Source of the DNA: Bdellovibrionia bacterium
GTDB lineage: Bacteria > Bdellovibrionota > UBA1018
DNA: 22,892 nt
NCBI GenBank assembly: GCA_045805065.1
Contig: JBJMMA010000245.1
Coordinates: 1 to 22,892 of the forward strand
Direction: 5' to 3'
Part shown: one piece after another, positions 7,971 to 15,580 of the stretch
Layout: every line of letters begins with the position of its first letter
How positions within the stretch are numbered: position 1 is the stretch's first letter
The notes under the pieces: model-generated
Databases searched by the model: none
Told to the model about the DNA's origin: nothing
Seen by the model: only the letters and a program-made list of their open reading frames with translations
Program-made: the position numbers and the translations under genes

Positions 7971-8367
7971 ATGGAGCCGAAGTGCCTTTGCGGCCGTAAC
8001 CATCTTCAATGCGGACCACATCGTTGAGGTGCGGAGTCGAGACTTCGAAAATATCGACGTCTTCGGTCGCGATCACGCGATGCTTGCGGCCGGTTGGAAT
8101 GTGGTGAGCTTCACCTTGAGAAACTGGAACGTGAATCATCGCACCGTCATCTGCCTCGAACACGAGAGTCATCTTGCCTGAGGCCACGAACATCGTTTCT
8201 TCCTTGATGTTGTGGTACTGAAGTGAAAGCTGATGGCCTTTGTTCACGTGAATGATCTTACCGACGTAGTCCTTGGTCTCAGCCCAGATGAGCTCGTAGC
8301 CCCAAGGCTTCTCAACGCGACGAATGTTCGTCTTTGTGGAATTTGGCATCGTTCCTAAATTCGACAT
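7969..8367 (-). CDS. Cupin domain protein resembling the mannose-6-phosphate isomerase (type II) domain
   Basis: RRVEKPWGYE, QLSLQYHNIKEETMFVASG, HIPTGRKHRV, EVSTPHLNDVVRIED; directly upstream of the guanylyltransferase. Confidence 0.85.
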   Translation of the reverse strand: MSNLGTMPNSTKTNIRRVEKPWGYELIWAETKDYVGKIIHVNKGHQLSLQYHNIKEETMFVASGKMTLVFEADDGAMIHVPVSQGEAHHIPTGRKHRVIATEDVDIFEVSTPHLNDVVRIEDGYGRKGTSAP

Positions 8368-8411
8368 CTTGGTCTCTCTCTCTCAAAGTCACTAATATAG
8401 CTAGAACCGCA

Positions 8412-9182
8412 TCATTCCACGGATTTAGCGACAATGAAAGAATCAATCACGCCTTGGGCGCGATACTTTTGACCGGCCTTTTCGGCTGCAGCCTTAGTCG
8501 GAAATCCGCCTAGATAAATCCGGTACCAACGTCCCTTGGACTTGAGGTCAGTCGCGTGAATCCTTGCAGAAACGCCCGAAATCTCGAGATCCTTCACCCG
8601 CGCCTGTGCTTCGTTCTGGTTCGAATAAGAGCCAATTTGTAAGGTAAAGCGTCCGGCCACTTTATGCGAAGTTTCATGATGGGCTTTTTCGTTCAAAGCC
8701 TTGAGCTCAGCCAGAGCCTCTTTTTGCTGCGGATTTTCAGATTCCGCTGCAGGATGTTCTGGAGCCGCCTGATGCTCTTCGGTTGGCTGAGCATGAGGCT
8801 GGACGTTTGTCGCGCCTGCATTCTTGGATTTAGCTTTTTCAGGAAGTTCAAGCTGCCGGGTATCTTCCAACTTGATGCCTGTTCGAGTGACTTCGTCGTG
8901 AGTCGCCTGGTTGACTGCATCCTCAGATGCCGCAACCATGGCCGAAGGAACAGCGGTCGGCTGAACCATCGCCTGCTCGGTCTCAGCAGTGGATGGAACT
9001 TCTGCAACGGGAGAAACGCCCGTGGTTGGCGTCGCATGTCCTGCGGGCGCCCCTTTTCCGGTCACGCGTTTGCCCAGGTGTACACCTAAGGTAAAGGCAA
9101 ACACAGCAACCATGACCCCAAGAAGCATCAGAACGCCGACTTCTTTGCGGTCATATATGAAAAAGCGTTGTTTTTTCTCCAT
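8412..9182 (-). CDS. SPOR-domain membrane-anchored protein (FtsN/DedD-like architecture)
   Basis: N-terminal TM helix (VGVLMLLGVMVAVFAFTLGVHLG), low-complexity A/P/E/Q linker, C-terminal FTLQIGSY...WYRIYLGGFPTKAAA SPOR motif. Confidence 0.9.
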   Translation of the reverse strand: MEKKQRFFIYDRKEVGVLMLLGVMVAVFAFTLGVHLGKRVTGKGAPAGHATPTTGVSPVAEVPSTAETEQAMVQPTAVPSAMVAASEDAVNQATHDEVTRTGIKLEDTRQLELPEKAKSKNAGATNVQPHAQPTEEHQAAPEHPAAESENPQQKEALAELKALNEKAHHETSHKVAGRFTLQIGSYSNQNEAQARVKDLEISGVSARIHATDLKSKGRWYRIYLGGFPTKAAAEKAGQKYRAQGVIDSFIVAKSVE

Positions 9183-9189
9183 TTTTTTA

Positions 9190-9218
9190 AGTGTAGCGAT
9201 CCTGTCGGTTCATGTCAA
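9190..9218 (-). promoter_or_regulatory. Sigma70-type promoter of the SPOR gene (leaderless geometry)
   Basis: The minus strand reads TTGACA-17 nt-TACACT, then only 7 nt (TAAAAAA) before ATG 9182; no Shine-Dalgarno. Confidence 0.75.
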
Positions 9219-9307
9219 ACAGGGCGACCTGTCGCATTGCGTTGCAGGCCGTCACCTCCAATGTAAGACTTGCTTTCGCTCTCATCCAAATGACAGAAAT
9301 AAGTACA

Positions 9308-10174
9308 ATGGCGAAACGGAGCACATTCTGGCGGAATTTTTCCTGCCTTTCTCTGAGCACTTTTCTCGCTCTAGGAACGAGTTCCTGCAGCAGTCTTTTT
9401 TATTTCCCATCGCACACTCTTTATTACTCCCCTAAGCGTCTGGGTTATGAAGCCAAGCAGGTGTCCTTCCACGCTCAGGACGGAACAACTCTTTATGCCT
9501 GGCTCTTCAAACCCCCCGAGGGCAGCACCCCGCCACGCGGAACGATCATTCAATTTCACGGCAATGCTGAGAACATGAGCAGTCATTACCTGTCTTTGGC
9601 CTGGCTGGTGGAACAAGGCTATCAGCTTGTCGCGTTTGATTATCGCGGCTACGGAAAATCCGAAGGCGATCCCTCACAAAAAGGAACTTATCTCGATGCG
9701 CTCGCCGCATTGGATCTTGCCTGGAAGTTTCATCAGGAGAATCATGCCCAGCATTTCATCGTCTTTGGCCAAAGCTTAGGCGGCGCGATTGCCACACGCG
9801 CGCTTCAGGATTTTCCGCAGAAAGACAAAGTGGATCTCCTCGTGCTTGATTCGACTTTCACTTCATACAAGAGCGTTGCTCGAAGAAAGCTTGCCTCGTT
9901 CTGGCTGACGTGGCCAATCAGCCCTCTTGGAGGACTTTTAGTTTCTGATTCCTACAATGCAGAAGACGCCTTGAAGGATAATAAAAGCCCAGTTCTGATC
10001 ATTCATGATCGAAGCGATCCTGTGATGCCTTTCTCGTGCGGTGAGGACTCTTACCGGCTTGCAACCGCGAAAAAAGAATTCTGGCAACTCGACCAGGGCG
10101 ACCACATCGCTGCCTTCAATAACCCCCAATCACCGTATCGAAAACGCTTGGTCGAGTTTCTCGATCGTCTGTAA
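9308..10174 (+). CDS. Alpha/beta hydrolase, probable lipoprotein
   Basis: FHGNAENM, FDYRGYGKSEG, nucleophile elbow GQSLGG, IHDRSDPVM (Asp) and GDHI (His). A lipobox-like LGTSSC follows a hydrophobic stretch. Start chosen at MAKRST within ORF 9212..10174. Confidence 0.88.
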   Translation: MAKRSTFWRNFSCLSLSTFLALGTSSCSSLFYFPSHTLYYSPKRLGYEAKQVSFHAQDGTTLYAWLFKPPEGSTPPRGTIIQFHGNAENMSSHYLSLAWLVEQGYQLVAFDYRGYGKSEGDPSQKGTYLDALAALDLAWKFHQENHAQHFIVFGQSLGGAIATRALQDFPQKDKVDLLVLDSTFTSYKSVARRKLASFWLTWPISPLGGLLVSDSYNAEDALKDNKSPVLIIHDRSDPVMPFSCGEDSYRLATAKKEFWQLDQGDHIAAFNNPQSPYRKRLVEFLDRL

Positions 10175-10288
10175 AAACTTTGTACAGTTGAAGCAGGTCT
10201 GAGCACGATTCGACCCTGTGTGCAGCTTTTTTGAAGATTATTTCCCAATGAAATCGAACTCATAGGCTTTTTTCGGTTACCGAGAAGT

Positions 10289-10305
10289 CAGGTTCGATCC
10301 TTGCT
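10289..10305 (+). promoter_or_regulatory. Possible sigma54 promoter of the biosynthetic operon
   Basis: CAGGTTCGATCCTTGCT has GG-N10-GC spacing with a perfect TTGCT -12 box and a weaker -24 box. The palindrome TCGGTTACCGA lies just upstream. Confidence 0.35.
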
Positions 10306-10321
10306 TTAATGACGTTCCTGA

Positions 10322-10352
10322 AATGACCAGGGCCGGCGTAGCCGGTCCGAGA
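10322..10352 (+). repeat. 31-bp GC-rich palindromic (REP-like) element, copy 2
   Basis: AATGACCAGGGCCGGCGTAGCCGGTCCGAGA; stem GGGCCGGC/GCCGGTCC (one G-U pair), loop GTA. Confidence 0.85.
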
Positions 10353-10367
10353 TCATATGGAGTGCTC

Positions 10368-12077
10368 ATGGGACCTGTGCTGCACAAAATGCTGACTGAC
10401 TTTGAGACTTGTGATTTCACGATCGGCGATCTGCTCGACGAAATCGCATCAGTCCGTCGTGACGACAGCGTCCTCATCGGTTTTGAAACCGAGGGCACTG
10501 GCAAGACTCGGAGGGAAGTCCGTAGATCGATGACCTACGGAGAGCTGGTCCACGCATCCAAGCTTCTTGCAACCCGACTCATGACCTCAGGAGTTCGTCC
10601 TGGCGATCGCGTTGCGTTGATTCGCCATTCCGGTCCTGACTGGCTCATCTGCTTTTTTGCGATCCTTTTATGTCGTGCCGTGGCGCTACCCGTGGATACC
10701 AAACTCGGCACGCGCGAGATTCTCGACATCTTCAAGAACGCTGAGCCCAAGGCGATGATCACGTCCTCGCATTTCAAAGACTTGCTGGATCAAACCGCAC
10801 GCGTCGCCCCAGAAATCATCCCGATCGTTCTTTCCCTGGCTGACCTGCGAGGGCAGCGAGACAAGGCTCAGAACGCTCCTCTTTCGCAAGAGATTCGCAG
10901 CTCACTTCACTTACAGGGACTGCATTTTCGCGATCTTGCCGTGATCGTTTATACATCCGGAAGCACGAGCAGCCCGAAAGGCGTCATGGCTCGTCTGAGC
11001 AACTTGATGTTTGAAGTGCATGCAATGCTCAATACCCAGCCCATCGACCGGCACACCAAAACCTTGTCCATTCTGCCGCCCAATCACTTCTTTGAGCTAT
11101 GCTGCGGACTTCTCACTCCGTTTTTTGCCGGCGGACAAATCGTGTTCAGCAAAAGTCTTTTGCCTGAAGACATCATCGATCAGATCTGCACTGAACAAGT
11201 GACGGATATTGTCTGCGTGCCGCTCTTCCTCCGGATGTTGAGAAAGGGCTTGCTGACAAAGATTGCTCGCTGCCGCTTGACCTCCGCATGGTTCTGGACA
11301 ACCTTCGCTCTTGCGCGACGGATTCCGTCCAGAGAAGCGCGAAGACTCCTTTTTGCTCCGATTCATCGGCAACTTGGAAATTCGCTTAAGCGATTCTACT
11401 GCGGTGGCGCCCCACTGGAGAAGGAAGTCGCCTGGTTTTTTGAGACCCTTGGAATTTCTCCGCTCGCTGGATATGGCCTGACTGAGACAAGCCCTGTCGT
11501 TTCGATCAATTCGGAAAAGAAAAACCGCATTGGATCCGTCGGACGGGCACTCCCGGGCGTCGAGGTAAAGACCGACTCCAAGGGTGAGCTTCTGGTTCGC
11601 GGTCCAAACGTCATGATGGGCTACCTGAACGCGCCCGAGCTGACTGCATCGGTGATCGATGCCAATGGGTGGTTCCGCACCGGTGATCTTGGGTTCATTG
11701 ATGAGGAAGGATTTATTCACATCACGGGACGATGCAAGGAGCTGATCGTTCTTGGGAACGGCAAGAAAGTCTTCCCAAACGAAGTCGAGGAAATGCTTGC
11801 TCCTCTGATCGAGCGCAAAACTGTCAAAGAGCTCTGCGTGGTGGGAGCCAGGGGCGAAGCTACTCAAGAAGAAGTCTGCGTCGTTGTCGTGGATCCACAG
11901 CTCGACGAAGACGGCCTTCGCCGTGAGATATTCTCGGCGTGTCAATCGTACGCGGTCTATAAACGCCCTACCCGCATCCTCGTCAAAAAAGACGGTCTAC
12001 CGGTTACGACGACCATGAAAGTCAATCGGGCTCGACTGAAAAACTGGATCGAAGGAAGAATGGAGATTGTATCATGA
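10368..12077 (+). CDS. Long-chain fatty acid--CoA/ACP ligase (AMP-binding, FadD-like)
   Basis: Adenylation motifs YTSGSTSSPKGVM, GYGLTETSP, GELLVRGPNVMMGY, GWFRTGDLG, ITGRCKELIV and a terminal Lys in PVTTTMKV. GGAG RBS before ATG 10368; the in-frame ATG 10323 lies inside the repeat. Confidence 0.92.
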   Translation: MGPVLHKMLTDFETCDFTIGDLLDEIASVRRDDSVLIGFETEGTGKTRREVRRSMTYGELVHASKLLATRLMTSGVRPGDRVALIRHSGPDWLICFFAILLCRAVALPVDTKLGTREILDIFKNAEPKAMITSSHFKDLLDQTARVAPEIIPIVLSLADLRGQRDKAQNAPLSQEIRSSLHLQGLHFRDLAVIVYTSGSTSSPKGVMARLSNLMFEVHAMLNTQPIDRHTKTLSILPPNHFFELCCGLLTPFFAGGQIVFSKSLLPEDIIDQICTEQVTDIVCVPLFLRMLRKGLLTKIARCRLTSAWFWTTFALARRIPSREARRLLFAPIHRQLGNSLKRFYCGGAPLEKEVAWFFETLGISPLAGYGLTETSPVVSINSEKKNRIGSVGRALPGVEVKTDSKGELLVRGPNVMMGYLNAPELTASVIDANGWFRTGDLGFIDEEGFIHITGRCKELIVLGNGKKVFPNEVEEMLAPLIERKTVKELCVVGARGEATQEEVCVVVVDPQLDEDGLRREIFSACQSYAVYKRPTRILVKKDGLPVTTTMKVNRARLKNWIEGRMEIVS

Positions 12078-12622
12078 TCAATGGTGTATCGAGTGTCATT
12101 TTGCTCAATTTCATTTACATCGGCTTGCTGCCAAAAATCTTTTTCAAGAAGGACGGCAAGTACAACCTTCACTGGTGGATCACGGCTGGACCGCTTTTCA
12201 TCTCGCCGATCGTGCTTTTGCTCATGAATCTGGGAATCCTGAGCCCGATGAGCGCGCCGATTGAGCAACCTGCCGCTGTTTTGAGCACGATCTCGATCGG
12301 ATTGATCTCATTCACCTTGGGAACCCATCGCGTTCCACTGGCTTTGTGGCATCAAACGAACGATGCACCCCAATCCATCGTGACCTGGGGCGCCTATAAG
12401 CGAATCCGCCATCCTTTCTATACTTCTTTTATCCTCTCGCAGTTTGCTGCCGCGATGGCCGCGCCGCACATCATCACCTTGCTGGCCCTTGCGTATGCGA
12501 TCTCCATCCTCACCTACACGGCCAAGAAAGAAGAAACCAAGCTCAGCGCCTCACAGTATGGCGAAGAATATAAACGCTACATGAAAGCGACGGGAAGATT
12601 CGTTCCCAAGGTTTCAGCTTAA
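12074..12622 (+). CDS. Isoprenylcysteine carboxyl methyltransferase (ICMT/PEMT)-family membrane methyltransferase
   Basis: IVTWGAYKRIRHPFY and EETKL...YGEEYKRYMKATGRFVP motifs; several TM helices; ATGA overlap with the ligase. Confidence 0.88.
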   Translation: MINGVSSVILLNFIYIGLLPKIFFKKDGKYNLHWWITAGPLFISPIVLLLMNLGILSPMSAPIEQPAAVLSTISIGLISFTLGTHRVPLALWHQTNDAPQSIVTWGAYKRIRHPFYTSFILSQFAAAMAAPHIITLLALAYAISILTYTAKKEETKLSASQYGEEYKRYMKATGRFVPKVSA

Positions 12623-12632
12623 GGAGCTCGAC

Positions 12633-13583
12633 ATGAAGCCAGTATTTGTCAGCCATCTCGCTTACGCGCTCGGAGAACAGGTTTTCTCAGTCGAGCAATC
12701 GGCTGAGGCCAAGCGGATCTTTTCCGGACCCCAGCAATTCCGCGATGCGGGATTCTCCGAGCATCGAGTCTGCGCGCCGGGCACTTCTCCCTATGCGCTC
12801 ACTCATCAAGCCGTCTCGCAGCTTGGCGAATCGATTCAAGGCACTGGCGCAATCATTTATGCCACCTGCCTTCCGCTGAATGGCAACATCGGAGATCCCT
12901 CGAAGTTCACCGAGACTCGCGATGTGAAACATCTGATGGATTTTCCTGCAAGCCATCTGCAGGCTGACTTCGGACTGGATAACGCAAGCGTCATCGGACT
13001 CAACCAGCAAGCCTGCACCAGCATGCTAGGCTCCATGAGACTTGCCCGTGCTTTGATTCAGACCGAGCCGGATCTCAAGAAGGTTCTATGCGTCACCTCC
13101 GATCGCTTTCCGGAAGGCGCAACCTATGAGCAAGCCTACAACGTCATCTCGGATGGCGCTGCAGCCTGCCTGGTCTCCGATGAGCCTCATGGCTATCGTA
13201 TCATGTGCACGCACGCGATCACCAACGGAGCCCTGGCTCAAGCAAGCGATGATGAGACGGTCGGAAGCTACTTCAATTACACTTACCGACTGATGGAAGA
13301 GACTCTGGCCAAAGCATCCCTGAAGATGAGCGACATCAACTGGGTCATCCCCCAGAACACGAACGTCAATGCCTGGATGATTCTCTCGCGTCTCCTGGGA
13401 ATTGACTTTGAGCGCGTTTATTTCGGTAGCATCTCTGAAGTCGCGCACATCATCAGCTCGGACAATGTCGTGAATCTCAAAAAGCTTGAGTCGACGGGTA
13501 ACCTTCGCTCAGGAGATCGCCTGCTCTTGTTCATGGCAGGATTTGGCTTGAACTGGCAGGCCGTCATTCTGCAGAAGGTCTAA
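12633..13583 (+). CDS. KAS III/FabH-fold condensing or acyl-transfer enzyme with non-canonical active site
   Basis: NQQACTS (catalytic Cys), ISDGAAACLV, DINWVIPQNTN, VAHIISSD, GDRLLLFMAGFGLNW; AAGGAG RBS. Confidence 0.88.
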   Translation: MKPVFVSHLAYALGEQVFSVEQSAEAKRIFSGPQQFRDAGFSEHRVCAPGTSPYALTHQAVSQLGESIQGTGAIIYATCLPLNGNIGDPSKFTETRDVKHLMDFPASHLQADFGLDNASVIGLNQQACTSMLGSMRLARALIQTEPDLKKVLCVTSDRFPEGATYEQAYNVISDGAAACLVSDEPHGYRIMCTHAITNGALAQASDDETVGSYFNYTYRLMEETLAKASLKMSDINWVIPQNTNVNAWMILSRLLGIDFERVYFGSISEVAHIISSDNVVNLKKLESTGNLRSGDRLLLFMAGFGLNWQAVILQKV

Positions 13584-13587
13584 TACT

Positions 13588-14454
13588 ATGCAAGAAAAAG
13601 AATCTGTCGCTTTAGCGCAAAAGCTGTCTGAGATCTCCGTCAAGAGCTTCTATAGCCCTTACGAGAATCTCGCTTTCCCAGAAACGATGGACAAGGTTCA
13701 ATGGTTCACCAGCCCTGAGCTGATTTCCATCTATGGAACCCAAGCCTACGAAGGGCTTTCCGAGGAAAAGAAAAAGCTTCTCAGCTTTTATGAAGCGGTC
13801 AATTTCTATAGCTTGAATATCCATGGCGAGAAAGCCTTGATGGAAGGGCTTGCGCGCAGGCTGCATGATCAGGAGCACGATGCCCACACGCGCTATATTC
13901 ATCACTTTCTTGATGAAGAGAACAAACACATGGTTTACTTCGGGACTTTCTGCACGCGCTATGCGGGCAAAGTCTACGCTGACCGAAAGTTCCAGTTTCC
14001 ACGCGAGTACGCAACCGGTGAGGAAGAGCTTCTGTTTTTTCTCAAGGTCATGATCTTCGAGGAGATCGTGGACTATTACAACAAGTCCATGTCCACGGAT
14101 CAGCGTTTGAACGAGGTCGCCCGCAAGATCAATCTCTTTCACCACAAGGACGAGATCCGCCATCTCATTTACGGGCGTCAACGGGTCAAGGAGCTCTTCC
14201 AGGAGCATTCTCCAAAATGGCCGCAGAAAACGTTGGATGATCTTCGCACTTATGTTCAGAGCTATTTCGTCACGACCTGGCGCGAATATTACAATCCTGA
14301 CATCTATAAGGATGTCGGCATTGAGAACGCCTACGAGCTTGCGGACGAAGTCTTTCACTCCGAAACGGCAAAGCTTCATCGTGAACGCGTCTCCAAGCAT
14401 TGCGTGGATTACCTGATGGAGTGCGGAATCCTTATCGAAAGGCCAAACCTATGA
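13588..14454 (+). CDS. AurF/CmlI-like non-heme diiron oxygenase
   Basis: Ferritin-like ligand pattern GE ... DEENKH ... FEEIVD ... HHKDEIRH. The HxxDExxH motif includes the extra His of arylamine N-oxygenases. The N-terminal WFTSPELISIYGT segment is typical of the family. Confidence 0.85.
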   Translation: MQEKESVALAQKLSEISVKSFYSPYENLAFPETMDKVQWFTSPELISIYGTQAYEGLSEEKKKLLSFYEAVNFYSLNIHGEKALMEGLARRLHDQEHDAHTRYIHHFLDEENKHMVYFGTFCTRYAGKVYADRKFQFPREYATGEEELLFFLKVMIFEEIVDYYNKSMSTDQRLNEVARKINLFHHKDEIRHLIYGRQRVKELFQEHSPKWPQKTLDDLRTYVQSYFVTTWREYYNPDIYKDVGIENAYELADEVFHSETAKLHRERVSKHCVDYLMECGILIERPNL

Positions 14455-14696
14455 AAACCGAATCAGAAATCAAAACTGAAATCCGTGAGTGGGTTCTTAA
14501 AACCAATAAGAAGATCACCGCCGCCGAACTCACCGATGACATGCACCTGATTGAGAAGCGAATCATCAGCTCGCTTCACATCATGGAGCTCATTCTGCTC
14601 ATTGAGAAGATCAAGGCTTCACGGTTTGACTTGAAAGCCATCAAGCCGGGCGCTTTCAACAGCATCGATTCCATCTATAAGAGCTTTTTCCTATGA
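14451..14696 (+). CDS. Carrier protein 1 (probable aminoacyl carrier)
   Basis: 81 aa from ATG 14451 (ATGA overlap). LIEKRIISSLHIMELILLIE carries the likely phosphopantetheine Ser; the C-terminus is PGAFNSIDSI. It is translationally coupled to the aa:CP ligase. Confidence 0.75.
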   Translation: MKTESEIKTEIREWVLKTNKKITAAELTDDMHLIEKRIISSLHIMELILLIEKIKASRFDLKAIKPGAFNSIDSIYKSFFL

Positions 14697-15580
14697 ACCT
14701 CAAGAAGCTTCCAGACCTGAGTGCGCTTTCCGGATATCGATGGACCGAGAACGGTCAATCCACGATGTCTGGCGGAGTTTTTCAACTCTATAGCGCTTTG
14801 GATAAAATGTTCCAGAGCTGGGCAATGCGCGTCCAGGCACAAGAGCATCACTTTCCAATCTTCATTCAGGCCAAGGAGCTCAATAAGCTCGATTACTTCA
14901 AGTCATTCCCGCATCTGATCAGCTTCCCGGTATTCCTGGAACCATCGGAAGAAAACCTGAGAAAGTTCGTCGAAGGCCAGCGGATTGACGAGCAGGGACG
15001 ACTCTGCCTGACTGAAACCGCGCCAATCCACGACTGCCTCACGCCAGCGGCTTGCTATCATTTCTATGTGACCTATCAGGGTCAGACCTTCAATGAGCCC
15101 CGTTATCTCACAACTCGCGCCAATTGCTTCCGACGAGAAACCCACTACGTCCCGCTCAGACGTCAATGGAACTTCGGAATGCGCGAAATCGTCTGCATCG
15201 GAACAGCGGATGAAGTCAAAGCTTTCATCCAAAGCTACCGGGACTGGCTCACGGAGATGTTCACTCAGCTGAAACTTCCGATTCAGTGGGAAGTGGCAAC
15301 GGATCCATTCTTTGATCCCACCCGCAATCCAAAGCATCTCATGCAACAGCTTGAACCGGTGAAGCATGAAATGATTTACGAGGGCGAGCTCTCGATCGGA
15401 TCAACCAATTATCATCGCAATTACTTTGGCGACGCTTTCAATATCTTGCGCGATGGCGAATCCGCCTTCTCAGGCTGCGTGGCATTTGGACTTGAGCGCT
15501 GGGTGTTTGCGATTTTGAACGAGTACGGGGCTGATGAGAAAAACTGGCCAGCCGAGCTCAGGAGCGTGATTCATGAGTAA
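14693..15580 (+). CDS. Amino acid:[carrier protein] ligase (class II aaRS/SerRS catalytic-domain homolog)
   Basis: YFKSFPHL, LTPAACYH, motif 2 CFRRE...FGMREIVCIG, DPFF, STNYHRNYFG and motif 3 SGCVAFGLERW. Only 295 aa with no tRNA-binding domain, and adjacent to a carrier protein. Confidence 0.9.
   Translation: MNLKKLPDLSALSGYRWTENGQSTMSGGVFQLYSALDKMFQSWAMRVQAQEHHFPIFIQAKELNKLDYFKSFPHLISFPVFLEPSEENLRKFVEGQRIDEQGRLCLTETAPIHDCLTPAACYHFYVTYQGQTFNEPRYLTTRANCFRRETHYVPLRRQWNFGMREIVCIGTADEVKAFIQSYRDWLTEMFTQLKLPIQWEVATDPFFDPTRNPKHLMQQLEPVKHEMIYEGELSIGSTNYHRNYFGDAFNILRDGESAFSGCVAFGLERWVFAILNEYGADEKNWPAELRSVIHE

Noticed and set aside
10270..10305. tRNA or tRNA remnant (GGTTCGATCC T-loop-like), or a c-di-GMP riboswitch (GGTTACCGA)
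   Set aside because: No acceptor stem, D-arm or 7-nt anticodon loop can be built, and the other conserved GEMM segments are missing.
11097..11945. 282-aa antisense ORF
   Set aside because: Lies wholly opposite the well-supported AMP ligase and shows no motifs; a shadow ORF.
12633..13583. Housekeeping fabH
   Set aside because: The His/Asn catalytic motifs are replaced and there is no plsX/fabD/fabG context.
13612..14400. 262-aa antisense ORF
   Set aside because: Shadow of the diiron oxygenase with no motifs. The same applies to the other short nested ORFs in the track.
13588..14454. CylC-type diiron halogenase
   Set aside because: The protein appears to keep the full AurF carboxylate/His ligand set and is short. 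CylC-like enzymes are thought to lack one carboxylate. Not excluded without an alignment.
14693..15580. Housekeeping seryl-tRNA synthetase (serS)
   Set aside because: Too short, lacks a tRNA-binding domain and is coupled to a carrier protein in a biosynthetic operon.
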